Below, piece by piece: positions 36,028-46,830 of a DNA stretch of 64,000 nt; the first letter of the stretch is position 1; each line of letters opens with the position of its first letter. Where the stretch lies: the NCBI GenBank assembly GCA_009668975.1, contig SBEG01000013.1:24602-88601 (forward strand). The letters are read 5' to 3'. The translations under genes and the position numbers were made by a program. The notes beneath the pieces are model-generated. The model worked only from the letters and a program-made list of their open reading frames with translations, did not search any database and was not told the origin of the DNA. The DNA is from Deltaproteobacteria bacterium. GTDB lineage: Bacteria > Desulfobacterota > Desulfuromonadia > Geobacterales > Geobacteraceae.

Positions 36028-37518
36028 TCAGCCGTGCGACAACTCCTTTTCAATCCGTTCGCAGATGGTTTTCAACACCTTGATGCGCGCATACTGCTTG
36101 TCATCCGCTTCCACCAGCGTCCAGGGTGAAATTTCCGTGCCCGTGCGGTCGATCATGTCGCAGACGGCATGCTCGTAGAGCTCCCATTTCTCCCGATTGC
36201 GCCAGTCTTCCGGAGTGATCTTGAAATTCTTGAAAGAGGTGTTTTACCTTTCTTTGAATCGGCGCAACTGCTCTTCCCGGCTGATCTGGAGCCAGAATTT
36301 GAGCACGATCGTCCGGTTCCTGATCAGCTGTTCCTCGAAGTCATTGATCTCACCATAGGCGCGATTCCAGTCAGCCGGGGAACAGTAACCTTCCACCCGC
36401 TCCACCAGGACCCGCCCATACCAGGACCGGTCGAAGATGGCAAATCGTCCCAGGCGGGGCAGGTTCCGCCAGAATCTCCACAGGTAGGGCTGGGCACGCT
36501 CCTCATCAGTCGGAGCTGCGGTGGGAATCACCCGGTAATGGCGGGCATCCAGACCAGCGGTGATCCGGCGGATGGTGCTCCCCTTGCCGGCGGCATCCAG
36601 TCCCTCGAATACCAGGACTACGGAGATTTTGCGGAAGGCCGCCTCCCTGGTCAGGAGGTTCAGCCTGCCCTGATACTTTTCCAGGGCCTCCTCATATTTC
36701 TTTTTCCCCAATTTCAGGGAGAGATCAAGCCGGTTGAGGACCGAAAGCGTGTCGATCTTCGGGATGATCGGTGGCAGGCTGAGAGTAGCATGGCTGGAAT
36801 TTTCAGGAGCATCGAGACGGGAACGAAGCGCCTGAAGAATTGCCTTGCCCACCGCCAGATAGCGATAGCGGGGGTCCGAGCCTTCGATGATTGTCCAGGG
36901 TGCTTCCGGGGTGCTGGACTGTCGCAGCGCGTGCTCCGCCACGGTCCGGAACCGGTCATAGATCTTGAAATTCTTCCAGTCCCGCTCGGTAATCCGCCAA
37001 CGGGTGGCAGGATCCTTTTCCAGATCCTTGAGGCGCTTTCGCTGGCTCTCCTTGGAAAGGTGCAGCCAGAATTTCAGGATCAGCGCACCCTCGTCAGCCA
37101 GCATCTTCTCAAATCGGATGATCCGCTCCATCCGTTGGTCAAGCTCCGAGTTCTTGGCTTTGCGCTGCAGGGCGGCACTGATCGGATCGGAATACCAGGA
37201 GCGGAAGAAAATTCCGATCTTGCCCTTGGGCGGAAGAACCCGCCAGTAGCGCCACATGGGCGGTCGCTCCAGTTCTTCGCTGCTCGGAATATCCAGGGCA
37301 TGGGTTTCGATGTGGCGGGGGTCCATCCATTCGTTCAGGACATTGACCGTTTCGCCCTTCCCTGCCCCGTCAACCCCGGAAATCAGGAGGATAACCGGAA
37401 AATCAGCCTGTTTGAGAAGATCGTACTGGGCAGCAAGCAGCTCCTCCCGGAGAAGCGGAAGCTCTTTTTTGTAGGTCGCCTTGCTGATTGCGTGGCCCAA
37501 TTCCGCTGATTCAAACAT
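36028..37518 (-). pseudogene. pap: Two-domain PPK2 (polyphosphate:AMP phosphotransferase type) with an in-frame TAA at 36244-36246
   Basis: Start MFESAELGH after GGAGG. Two PPK2 P-loops are present (SGVDGAGKGE and EGLDAAGKGS). After ...RRFKER-stop the same frame continues NTSFKNFKITPEDWRNREKW...PWTLVEADDKQYARIKVL to TGA at 36028. Confidence 0.8.
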
Positions 37519-37558
37519 GACTATCCTCCACTGTCTGTTCGGCAACGCAGTCTGTCAA

Positions 37559-38623
37559 TCAGAACCATTTCTTTTTCTTGAAATAGTACACCATGAATGC
37601 GCTGATTACCGCCATGAATAAAAGTACCCCGGGATACCCCCAGCGCCAGCCAAGTTCCGGCATATGGCGGAAATTCATGCCGTAGACGCCGACGATGAAG
37701 GTCAGGGGAATAAAGATGGTGGCGATGATGGTCAGAACCTTCATGACCTCGTTCAAGCGGTTGCTGGCACTGGAAAGATAAATATCGAGCATTCCTGAGA
37801 TCATATCGCGGAACGTCTCCAGGGTATCGATGGCGTGGATCGCATGGTCGTAAACATCGCGCAGATAAACCCTGGTCGGCTCGCTGATCAGTGCGGTGCC
37901 TTCGCGCTGCAGGCTGTTGAGAACCTCCCGCAGCGGCCAGACGGAACGGCGGATGGAAATCAGATCCCGCTTCAACAGGTGGATCTCACGGAGAATTTTG
38001 ACGGCGGGATTCGAAACGAGAGCATCCTCCAGGGCTTCCATCCGTTCGCCAAGATGCTCCAGCACGATAAAATAATTATCGACGATGGTATCGAGCAAGG
38101 AATAGGCGAGATAGTCGGCGCCCGACTTGACGGTGCGCCCCTTTCCCGTTCTGATCCGCTCGCGAATCTTCTCGAAAACCGTGCTCTCTTTCTCTTGGAA
38201 AGAGAGCACGTAGTTCGGGCCGAGTATCAGGCTGATCTGCTCCGTTTCCATGGCGCAGAGACCTCCGTTGCAGGAAAATGCCCGAAAGACGATAAAGAGG
38301 TATTCGCCGTAATCCTCAAGTTTGGGGCGCTGGTCGGTATTGAGAATGTCTTCCACCACCAGGGGATGCAGCTTGAAGCATTCGCCCAGTTTTGCCACCA
38401 TTTCCACTTGGTGCACGGAATTAACGTCGATCCAGGTTACCGTGGAAGGGTCACTGCAGGGGAAACATTCGGTCAGGTCGGTAATCAAAGCCTCCCGGAC
38501 CGTACCCTCACTGTATTCGATTACGGTAATCTTGGCCTTACCGGTTCCCTTGTCACCCAGATACACGAGTGAGCCGGGCGGAAGCCCCGCTTTCACGGAT
38601 CTTTTCTTCACTGTCCTCGTCAT
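37559..38623 (-). CDS. corA: Magnesium/cobalt transporter CorA
   Basis: YGMNF motif and two C-terminal TM segments. Start at ATG 38623 (GGAG upstream). Confidence 0.9.
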   Translation of the reverse strand: MTRTVKKRSVKAGLPPGSLVYLGDKGTGKAKITVIEYSEGTVREALITDLTECFPCSDPSTVTWIDVNSVHQVEMVAKLGECFKLHPLVVEDILNTDQRPKLEDYGEYLFIVFRAFSCNGGLCAMETEQISLILGPNYVLSFQEKESTVFEKIRERIRTGKGRTVKSGADYLAYSLLDTIVDNYFIVLEHLGERMEALEDALVSNPAVKILREIHLLKRDLISIRRSVWPLREVLNSLQREGTALISEPTRVYLRDVYDHAIHAIDTLETFRDMISGMLDIYLSSASNRLNEVMKVLTIIATIFIPLTFIVGVYGMNFRHMPELGWRWGYPGVLLFMAVISAFMVYYFKKKKWF

Positions 38624-38645
38624 CCTATGCTCCCCGGTCTTTCCC

Positions 38646-39794
38646 TCAGACCCGTTCGTACGGTTCGAAGAGACGCTTGAACTCATCCAGTGCGAAACGG
38701 TCGGTCATTCCGGCAATATAATCACAGATCACCCGCTCCCGGACAGTACTGTCCATCTTCTTCAGATATTTCCGCGGCAGGAGCGTCGGGTGCTTGCAAT
38801 AGGCCTCGAAAAGCTGCGTCAGGTAGCTCTCGGCCTTGACGCGCATCCGCTCAACCTTGTGGTGGCGGTAGAGATTCACCATCAAAAACTGCTTGAGTTT
38901 CTTATTCTTTTCCGCAAGATCCGGACTGAAGGCGACCACCTGGCGGTTGATGCGGCGCAGGTCATCAAGGGTTCGAATGCCGAATCGTTCGATATTCTCC
39001 AGGGTCGTGGAACAGAGGTCCTTGATGAACCTGCCGATCAAGGCACTGATCACCTGGTGCTTGCAGCGTTCAGCGTCAAGATCCGGATACTGGGCGGCAA
39101 TCAGGTCGTACATCTCTCGCCAGATTTCCACCTTATCCAGCTGGGCGCGGGTAATCAGGCCGGACTTGAGTCCGTCGTCGATGTCATGGTTATTGTAGGC
39201 GATCTCATCGGCATAGTTGATGATCTGGGCCTCGATCGTCGGGACAATACCGGGCAGCATATCGGCAAGAATCTCGGCAGGGCTGTCGTAGGGGGATTTG
39301 TGCTTGATGATCCCCTCGCGGGTCTCCCAGGATAAGTTGAGGCCATTGAACCCCGGATAACGCTCCTCCAACTGGTCGACAACCCGCAGCGACTGCAGGT
39401 TATGCTCGAAGCCCCCATAGTCCGCCATGAGGCGGTTGAGAACCTCCTCGCCCGTATGTCCGAAGGGGGTGTGCCCCAGGTCATGCGCCAGAGCAAGGGC
39501 CTCGGTCAATTCCTCATTGAGCCGCAGACGCCGGGCAATGGCCTTGCCGATCTGGGCAACCTCAAGGGAATGGGTAAGGCGGGTCCGGTAATAGTCACCC
39601 TCATGATTTACGAATACCTGCGTTTTATATTCCAGCCGGCGAAATGCCGCGCAGTGGATAATTCTATCGCGATCCCGCTCGAAGGCGGGCCGGTCGTCGC
39701 GGAACTCTTCCGGGTAACGCCTACCCGGCGACAGTTGGCTTTTGGCGGCAAACCCCGCGAGATCGGGACGTTCTCCGGAAACTGTTGAATTCAT
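38646..39794 (-). CDS. dgt: dGTP triphosphohydrolase-like HD-domain protein
   Basis: RTRLTHSLEVAQIG...LAHDLGHTPFGH. Confidence 0.9.
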   Translation of the reverse strand: MNSTVSGERPDLAGFAAKSQLSPGRRYPEEFRDDRPAFERDRDRIIHCAAFRRLEYKTQVFVNHEGDYYRTRLTHSLEVAQIGKAIARRLRLNEELTEALALAHDLGHTPFGHTGEEVLNRLMADYGGFEHNLQSLRVVDQLEERYPGFNGLNLSWETREGIIKHKSPYDSPAEILADMLPGIVPTIEAQIINYADEIAYNNHDIDDGLKSGLITRAQLDKVEIWREMYDLIAAQYPDLDAERCKHQVISALIGRFIKDLCSTTLENIERFGIRTLDDLRRINRQVVAFSPDLAEKNKKLKQFLMVNLYRHHKVERMRVKAESYLTQLFEAYCKHPTLLPRKYLKKMDSTVRERVICDYIAGMTDRFALDEFKRLFEPYERV

Positions 39795-39939
39795 ATGGTG
39801 GTCCCTCCTCGTGAATTTTTATTAAACCCTACCGAACTCCCCTGTCAACAACAAACTTACCCTTGACTCGTTAAACCTGTCATGCTAACTTTTTCCAGTA
39901 TTTCCCGGTAATTTTACGATTCCATGATTGGGATACTTC

Positions 39940-41025
39940 ATGAATGAAAAGCTTCTGGAACTCGTTCCGGAACATATCAGGGGCCTGCTGGGAACAAACT
40001 CCAAAGTTTGTCTCCTGAGTGGCCTTTCTGTATTTACCGCCCTGAAAGACGAAAACCTGATCGTCATGGCCTGCAACGCCAGGATCAAGCACGCGATACC
40101 AGGTATCATGAGGGCCGCCGAAGAACTGGATGCGGTTGTGGCCTTCGAACTCACCGCCACGGAAGGCGGTCTTGATGGCGGCTACACCGGTCAAACACCG
40201 GAACTCTATGTATCCACCATCATCGAGTATGCCCTGTCGTGCCGCTTCAGCAAGCCCTTTCTCATTCATGCCGACCACATCACCGTACAAAACACCGGAG
40301 AAAGCGAACTGGGTGATGCCGCCCGCCTTATTGCCGCACAGCTTGAGGCCGGCTATACCTCCTTTGCCATCGACGCCTCCTTCAATTCACTCTCCGAGAA
40401 TATCGAGATTGTGACGCAACTCAGTGCACCGATCATTGCCAAAGGGTACGGGCTGGAGGTGGAATTGGGAGAAATGCCCCAATCCCCGAACCGGTCGGCC
40501 CTGACCCCGGCGAGTGAAGCCAGGGATTATTTAGCCACGTTGACGGCACAAGGCTGCAGGCCGCACTTACTTGCCATCAACAACGGCTCGAAACGAGGCA
40601 ACTATCTTGAGGGAGAAATTGTCCACATCGATCTCGAACGGACCAAGAAAATCCACGAAGTTGCCGTGTCCTTCGGCGTGGCCGGGCTGGTGCAGCACGG
40701 CATCACCGGGACACCGCTCCACCTGGTGGGAAAACTTGCCGATTATGGTATCCGCAAAGGAAACATCGGAACCCTCTGGCAGAATGTGGGTCATGCCGGG
40801 CTGCCCCTTGACCTCATGGATGCCATGCGTCGCTGGGCGCGGGAAAACAACCGGGACATCAAATATGCGACCAAAGCTTTCAAAGCAGAGATCGATGCCA
40901 TTCCGGAGACAAACATCAAGATGATCCACGAGATGGCCTACCGGGAAGCCCGGGAATTTCTTGCAGCCTTCCGCGCCAAGGGAAGTGCCGCAAAACTCGC
41001 GAAAATCCTGGAAAGAAGCCGGTGA
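39940..41025 (+). CDS. Class II fructose/ketose-bisphosphate aldolase family protein
   Basis: Contains IHADH and an EVELGE-type motif. Start uncertain (39928 or 39940). Confidence 0.7.
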   Translation: MNEKLLELVPEHIRGLLGTNSKVCLLSGLSVFTALKDENLIVMACNARIKHAIPGIMRAAEELDAVVAFELTATEGGLDGGYTGQTPELYVSTIIEYALSCRFSKPFLIHADHITVQNTGESELGDAARLIAAQLEAGYTSFAIDASFNSLSENIEIVTQLSAPIIAKGYGLEVELGEMPQSPNRSALTPASEARDYLATLTAQGCRPHLLAINNGSKRGNYLEGEIVHIDLERTKKIHEVAVSFGVAGLVQHGITGTPLHLVGKLADYGIRKGNIGTLWQNVGHAGLPLDLMDAMRRWARENNRDIKYATKAFKAEIDAIPETNIKMIHEMAYREAREFLAAFRAKGSAAKLAKILERSR

Positions 41026-41597
41026 GGGTAATCGCGGGCACCGCCCGGGGACGACGTCTGCATACCCCGAAAGGACTCAGCGTCAGACCCACCTCCGACA
41101 AGGTAAAGGAAGCCCTTTTCAACATCCTTGCCGGACTGATGGGCCCACTGGAAGACTGCGCGGTGCTCGACATCTTTGCCGGCACCGGGAACCTGGGAAT
41201 CGAGGCCCTGAGCCGCGGCGCAGGGCGTGCCGTGTTTGTCGACAGCAGCCGCGATTCGACGGGACTGATCAGCAAAAACCTCGCCTTGACCGGTTGCTCG
41301 GATCGGAGCCGGGTTTTACTCAAGGATTTCAGTTCGGCTCTCACAATACTGGAATCATCAGGAGAGATTTTTCAGTTGGTTTTTCTCGACCCTCCCTATC
41401 AAAAGGGACTGAACGAAAGATGCCTGGACCAACTCGGCGCCAGCTCGCTGGTTGATGAAAACACGGTGGTTGTCGCCGAATTCTCCTCCCGCGAAAATAT
41501 TGCCGATTGCCACGGCCGTCTCCGGCAAATCGATGCAAGGGTCTACGGCGACACCGCCCTGGCCTTTTTTACCACGATGCAGAAAGGTTCTCTCTGA
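41022..41597 (+). CDS. rsmD: 16S rRNA (guanine966-N2)-methyltransferase
   Basis: MRVIAGTARGRRL..P....RPTSDKVKEALFNIL and the DPPY motif. GTGA overlap with the upstream stop. Confidence 0.9.
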   Translation: MRVIAGTARGRRLHTPKGLSVRPTSDKVKEALFNILAGLMGPLEDCAVLDIFAGTGNLGIEALSRGAGRAVFVDSSRDSTGLISKNLALTGCSDRSRVLLKDFSSALTILESSGEIFQLVFLDPPYQKGLNERCLDQLGASSLVDENTVVVAEFSSRENIADCHGRLRQIDARVYGDTALAFFTTMQKGSL

Positions 41598-42079
41598 TGA
41601 AAAAAATCGCCGTATATCCCGGCTCCTTCGATCCGATAACTTTCGGTCACCTGGATATTATCAACCGCGCCCTGAAAATTTTCGATGAAGTAATTATCGC
41701 CGTGGCTCACAACGAGCAGAAAAAACCGCTTTTCACGGTCGAGGAGCGGGTCGACATGATCAAATCGGTCATGAAAGACAATACCCGGGCAACGGTTGAC
41801 ACCTTTGACGGGCTTCTGGTAGATTACGCCCGCTCCTGCAAAGCTCAGGCAATCGTCAGGGGTCTGCGGGCCATCTCCGACTTTGAATACGAACTCCAGA
41901 TGGCACAGATCAACCGCGGCATTTCACGGGAAGTTGAAACGGTATTTTTAATGACTTCGGTATTCTACAGCTTTCTTTCCTCTTCCATCGTAAAGGAAGT
42001 CTATTCCCTGAAAGGCCCTATCGACGGACTGGTTCCCCCACTGGTCAAAAAAGCGCTTGACGCAAAATTCAACAGATAA
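41597..42079 (+). CDS. coaD: Phosphopantetheine adenylyltransferase
   Basis: MKKIAVYPGSFDPITFGHLDII. TGATG-type overlap: the ATG at 41597 shares one nt with the rsmD stop. Confidence 0.95.
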   Translation: MKKIAVYPGSFDPITFGHLDIINRALKIFDEVIIAVAHNEQKKPLFTVEERVDMIKSVMKDNTRATVDTFDGLLVDYARSCKAQAIVRGLRAISDFEYELQMAQINRGISREVETVFLMTSVFYSFLSSSIVKEVYSLKGPIDGLVPPLVKKALDAKFNR

Positions 42080-42128
42080 CAACAGAGCGGCCGCTACGGC
42101 ATCCGCCTTCCCATACTTGGAGATAACA

Positions 42129-43322
42129 ATGAAACTGGCAGACCGCGTACACAGAATCCAACCCTCACCAACTCTCGTCATCGATGCCAAGGCAAAGGCC
42201 CTCAAGGCCGAGGGAATCGACGTCATCGGCTTCGGCGCCGGAGAACCTGACTTCGGCACGCCTGAAAACATCAAGGAAGCTGCAAAACAGGCAATCGACA
42301 CCGGGCACACCCGCTATACCCCGGTAGGAGGAACTGTCGAACTGAAAGACGCCATCATCGCCAAACTCCAGCGGGATAACGGCCTGACTTTCTCCCGTGA
42401 CCAGATTTCCGTCGCCTGCGGGGCAAAACATTCGCTCTACAATATTTCCCAGGCCCTGATCCAGGAAGGAGACGAAGTCATCATTCCGGCACCGTACTGG
42501 GTATCCTATCCGGACCAGGTTCTCCTGGCCGGCGGCACTCCGGTCATCGTCCAGACAGATGAAAAGACCGCCTTCAAAATCACCCCGGAACAACTGGAAA
42601 ACGCCATAACTCCACGGACCAAAGCACTGATTCTCAATTCCCCCAGCAATCCGACCGGAAGCGCATATAGCAAAGAGGAATTGCAGGAAATCGGCAAGGT
42701 GTGCCTGCGTCACGATTTCATCATCATCTCCGATGATATCTATGAAAGCCTGCTTTACGACGGCATTCAGTTCCACAACATTGCCTCGGCTGTGCCCGAG
42801 CTGGTTCCGAGGACAATTGTCGTCAATGGCGTCTCCAAAACCTACGCCATGACCGGCTGGCGGATCGGCTACGCCGCGGGCCCGAAGGATGTTATCGGGG
42901 CAATCACCAAAATGCAGTCTCAGTCCACCTCCAACGCCTGTTCCGTGGCCCAGAAAGCCGCGGTGGAAGCCCTGATCGGCTCCCAGGACGCCGTGTCAAT
43001 GATGAGAGGCGAATTCGAGAAACGCCGCACCTATATAATCGACCGCCTTAACGCCATATCAGGTATCAGTTGCTTCCACTCTAACGGAGCTTTCTATGCC
43101 TTCCCCAACGTCTCCGCGTTGTACGGAAAATCTTTCGCCGGAAAGGTCATCAGGAACTCCAGCGACCTTGCCGCCTATTTCCTCGACGAAGCCAGGGTGG
43201 CCGTAGTGCCCGGAATTGCTTTCGGCGCGGATAATTACATACGGCTCTCTTACGCCACCAGCCTGGAAAATATCCGGACCGGGATCGACCGCATCGAAAA
43301 AGCCGTCAAGGATCTGATCTGA
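42129..43322 (+). CDS. Pyridoxal-phosphate-dependent (aspartate-type) aminotransferase
   Basis: IDVIGFGAGEPDF, NPTG, and PLP-Lys SKTYAMTGWRIGY. Confidence 0.9.
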   Translation: MKLADRVHRIQPSPTLVIDAKAKALKAEGIDVIGFGAGEPDFGTPENIKEAAKQAIDTGHTRYTPVGGTVELKDAIIAKLQRDNGLTFSRDQISVACGAKHSLYNISQALIQEGDEVIIPAPYWVSYPDQVLLAGGTPVIVQTDEKTAFKITPEQLENAITPRTKALILNSPSNPTGSAYSKEELQEIGKVCLRHDFIIISDDIYESLLYDGIQFHNIASAVPELVPRTIVVNGVSKTYAMTGWRIGYAAGPKDVIGAITKMQSQSTSNACSVAQKAAVEALIGSQDAVSMMRGEFEKRRTYIIDRLNAISGISCFHSNGAFYAFPNVSALYGKSFAGKVIRNSSDLAAYFLDEARVAVVPGIAFGADNYIRLSYATSLENIRTGIDRIEKAVKDLI

Positions 43323-43361
43323 AATTAGCTACTGCCGAGATCAATCTACCGAGGAGATACC

Positions 43362-43556
43362 ATGATTACAAAAGATATGAAAATCGGTGAGATCTGCCGC
43401 CGGTATCCGCAGGCAGTTTCCGTACTTAAAGAGTTCGGCCTTGACTGCCTCGAGTGCCAGATCGCCGACCTGGAAGAACTGGAACACGGGGCGGGCGTCC
43501 ACAAAGTGGACATGGAGAAATTACTCGAAGAATTGAATCGTATCATCGCCAAATAA
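43362..43556 (+). CDS. DUF1858-like small protein
   Basis: 64 aa. ITKDMKIGEICRRYPQAVSVLKEFGLDCLEC. Confidence 0.65.
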   Translation: MITKDMKIGEICRRYPQAVSVLKEFGLDCLECQIADLEELEHGAGVHKVDMEKLLEELNRIIAK

Positions 43557-43871
43557 AATGCGGCATACCGGGAAAGGGATTTATCCTGGTGTGCCGCCAC
43601 GTTACAACCCTCTCATCAATCTCAGGCAGGTAGTCATGGCAGCACATCGCACCGCTATCGACACCCATCAAGCCACCGCTCCTCCGGCCGCCAACCTCGG
43701 GAGTGCTTTCGCACGCCATTTTTCTGACACCTGCCTGAGGGCATTTCACCGCCCTGCCCGCTTGGCGTATTTATTCCGGTCCCCTTTCTTCCCCGCAGCA
43801 GCCTTGAGGCTGTTATCCGGCAAAAGTCCGGAAACAGAATCGGCACCCCCCCCGTGCCGCGAGGAGGCTGT

Positions 43872-46025
43872 GTGAAAAAAGCTTCCCGATCAGTTCTTTT
43901 GATTGTCTCACTGTACGCACTGCTCGGTGCACTCTGGATCTATTTTTCCGACAGATTCCTGCCCCTGTTTGTCACTACATCCGCTGAAATTACTACCTGG
44001 AGCACTGCCAAAGGTTGGCTGTATGTCGCCATAACCTCTCTGCTCCTCTACTGGCTTATCCGTCGTCACACCAAGAGACTGCTCTCGGCGCAAGAGCTGG
44101 TCCGCAGCGAGCATGAGCTACTGAAAAGCGCACAAGCTGCGCTTGCCGATTCCGAAGAACAGTTTCGCCAGATGTTCGCCAAGCACAGCGCCATGCAGTA
44201 TCTGGTTGATACGGAAACGCTTGCCATCTTTGACGCAAACGAGTCCGCACAGAGGTTCTACGGTTATAGCCGGGATGAATTCGCGACACTGACGCTTGCC
44301 GATCTGTCAAGGCATCCCGTGTCCGAAGTGAAAAAGCTGCTCGAAAAGACCTACAAAGAAGATTGCTGCCCGGTAATCTTCAGCCACCGTCTTGCGAATG
44401 GCGATCTTCGCGAAGTCGAGATACATTCGACTCCGATCCGGTTGAAAGATCGCCACTTCTATTTCAACATCGTCCATGACATCACCGCACGAGAACGCGC
44501 GGAAGCGGCACTCCGGGACAGCGAAGCCCGCTTCCGCTCCCTGGTTGAGGCCACTACCGACTGGATTTGGGAAACGGACAGTAATGACCGGTTGACTTAC
44601 TCCAGCCCGAAAGTGAAAACGCTGCTGGGCTATGATCCCGAACAAATCATCGGCACAAAACCCTTTGAACTGGCAGCAGAAGAGGACCTGGAACGAATTA
44701 CCGCTGTCTTTTACGATGCGAAAAAAGGAGAGCGGTCTTTTTCAGAAGTTGAATGCAGCTACCGGCATAAAGATGGCAAAATCGTGGTACTCGAATCGAG
44801 CGGTATGCCCATTTTTGATCAGAACGGAAAGTTTTCCGGATTTCGAGGATTCGAGCGCAACATAACCGATCGGAAGCTTCTTGAAGAACAGCTCATCCAG
44901 GCCCAGAAGATGGAAGCCGTCGGCCAATTGGCCGGTGGCATATCACATGATTTCAACAACATACTCACGGCAATCACCGGATTCGTCTTCATCCTGCAAA
45001 TGAAATTGGAAGATGAGGAATTGAAAAAATATGTCGAGCAGATCAGATTGGCCGCGGAACGCGCTGCCGGACTTACGGACAGCCTTCTGGCTTTCAGCCG
45101 GAAACAGATTATCTGTTTCAAGCCTCTGCATATCAACAGTGTCATACTGGAAACCCAAAAGCTCCTTGCCCGGTTGATCCGCGAAGACGTGGAAATCCGC
45201 ACAGACCTCTGCAAAGGAGACCTGGTTATACTGGGAGATGAAACCAAGATCGAGCAGATTATCATCAATCTGGCGACGAACGCCCGAGATGCCATGCCCG
45301 AAGGCGGGATACTCAGTATCCGTACCGAGCATTACACCATGGATGAAGAACCGGGCTGGCCGATCCTCCCCGGCAAACCGGCTAGTTACGTTCATCTCAC
45401 CGTTTCCGATACCGGTCTCGGTATCGACAAAAAGGCGCAGGACCGGATTTTCGAACCTTTTTTCACCACGAAAGAGGTGGGCAAAGGCACCGGTCTCGGT
45501 CTATCCATCGTGTACGGCCTGGTCAAGCAACTGAACGGCTACATCCACATCCAGAGTGAATCCAGGATAGGAACCTCCGTGAACATTTACTTTCCGCTTG
45601 TCAAGGCAAAACCGGAAGAGTCGGCTTTCGTTCAGCTGAGTGTTCCGAAAGGTGGTGGTGAAACGCTCCTCGTGGCGGAAGATGACCCTGATGTGAGGAG
45701 TTTTATCAGGACTGTCCTAGAAGAATTCGGTTATAACGTTATCGAGGCTGTCGATGGAATGGATGCGGTCGAGAAATACCGTAAAAACAGTGATTCTATC
45801 AAAGCGGCAATCTTCGACATCATCATGCCGAAAAAGAATGGAAGGGATGCCTATCTGGAAATCCGCAAGTCCTATCCGGATCTCAAGGCAATCTTTGTAA
45901 GCGGCTATACCGGTGAATTCCTGACAGAGGAAGGAATCCTCAAGGAAGGACTGCACTTCCTGCCAAAACCTGTGGTTCCCTGGAGTCTGCTGGAAAAAGT
46001 GCAGGAGGTTCTGCGATCACCCTGA
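43872..46025 (+). CDS. Hybrid sensor histidine kinase (TM, PAS domains, HisKA, HATPase, receiver)
   Basis: GTG start 4 nt after GAGGAGG. H-box [13 protein letters not shown]-boxes DTGLGI and GKGTGLGL, receiver [11 protein letters not shown]...DIIMP. Confidence 0.9.
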   Translation: MKKASRSVLLIVSLYALLGALWIYFSDRFLPLFVTTSAEITTWSTAKGWLYVAITSLLLYWLIRRHTKRLLSAQELVRSEHELLKSAQAALADSEEQFRQMFAKHSAMQYLVDTETLAIFDANESAQRFYGYSRDEFATLTLADLSRHPVSEVKKLLEKTYKEDCCPVIFSHRLANGDLREVEIHSTPIRLKDRHFYFNIVHDITARERAEAALRDSEARFRSLVEATTDWIWETDSNDRLTYSSPKVKTLLGYDPEQIIGTKPFELAAEEDLERITAVFYDAKKGERSFSEVECSYRHKDGKIVVLESSGMPIFDQNGKFSGFRGFERNITDRKLLEEQLIQAQKMEAVGQLAGGISHDFNNILTAITGFVFILQMKLEDEELKKYVEQIRLAAERAAGLTDSLLAFSRKQIICFKPLHINSVILETQKLLARLIREDVEIRTDLCKGDLVILGDETKIEQIIINLATNARDAMPEGGILSIRTEHYTMDEEPGWPILPGKPASYVHLTVSDTGLGIDKKAQDRIFEPFFTTKEVGKGTGLGLSIVYGLVKQLNGYIHIQSESRIGTSVNIYFPLVKAKPEESAFVQLSVPKGGGETLLVAEDDPDVRSFIRTVLEEFGYNVIEAVDGMDAVEKYRKNSDSIKAAIFDIIMPKKNGRDAYLEIRKSYPDLKAIFVSGYTGEFLTEEGILKEGLHFLPKPVVPWSLLEKVQEVLRSP

Positions 46026-46038
46026 GCAAGACGGGCTG

Positions 46039-46542
46039 TCAGGGTTTTATTTCAATGGGAGTGCCGTCAGGGACAAAGGTCCATATCTCGTCAATCTCCG
46101 CATTCGTTACCGCAATACATCCTTTCGTCCAATCCGTCACCGTATGGAGATCACCCACATCCTCATAATTCCTTGGCAAGCCATGAATCATAATGTCGCG
46201 GCCGGGAGAGACGCCACGTTGCTGCGCCCTGCTGATATCAGCTGAGTTCGGATAGGAAATGTGAATGGAGCGGTAAAATTTGCTGCGCGAATTGCGCCTG
46301 TCCAGGACATATCGGCCTTCGGGGGTCCTGTTGTCCCCTTGCCGGGTTTTGGTACCGACCGGGTTTCTGCCAATGGCGACCCGGTAACTCCGCAATATCT
46401 CACCGCCTCTCACCAAAAGAAGGAGCCGCTTCTTTTTGATGACGACGACTTTGTCAGCGTGAATAATGTTGGCAAAAACCTGACCGGGCAGACAAAAGAG
46501 GAGTGCACATGCAATACAAAAGATCTTTTTCTTCATAGTCAT
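46039..46542 (-). CDS. L,D-transpeptidase (YkuD) family protein
   Basis: Signal peptide. IMIHG...TKGCIAV catalytic His/Cys motif. Confidence 0.85.
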   Translation of the reverse strand: MTMKKKIFCIACALLFCLPGQVFANIIHADKVVVIKKKRLLLLVRGGEILRSYRVAIGRNPVGTKTRQGDNRTPEGRYVLDRRNSRSKFYRSIHISYPNSADISRAQQRGVSPGRDIMIHGLPRNYEDVGDLHTVTDWTKGCIAVTNAEIDEIWTFVPDGTPIEIKP

Positions 46543-46830
46543 CCACTATCCAATAGATTCGTTACCACACCAGCAAAAAACCCACAGTAGTTGCTGATTT
46601 CCATTTAATTCCCGATGCCTTCCAAATAACTTACCTCAAACTTGTTTTATTAGCACCCATCGTACATGCCTCGTGGCAAAAACCACCCCACCAGCCCCTT
46701 CAATTGCCAAACGTTTGTCACTCATTTGACAGCTATTTGTATAAGGTCCCGCGATTCTGACGCAATACTGTTCTTTTTCACCTGCCTGAGGTTCTTAAGC
46801 AAAAAGAATGCCTTCGCTAGATACGCGGCC

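Noticed and set aside
36169-37509. A 446-aa plus-strand ORF
   Set aside because: It lies entirely antisense to the well-supported PPK2/PAP gene. Its composition is Pro/Gly/Arg/Leu-rich with no motifs. This is a typical shadow ORF in GC-rich coding DNA.
43557-43853. A 297-nt gap with ORF 43558-43875 (105 aa) and two minus-strand ORFs
   Set aside because: There is no RBS. The composition is Ala/Arg/Pro-biased and low in complexity, and no motif is present. It is more likely the untranslated leader or promoter region of the histidine kinase gene.
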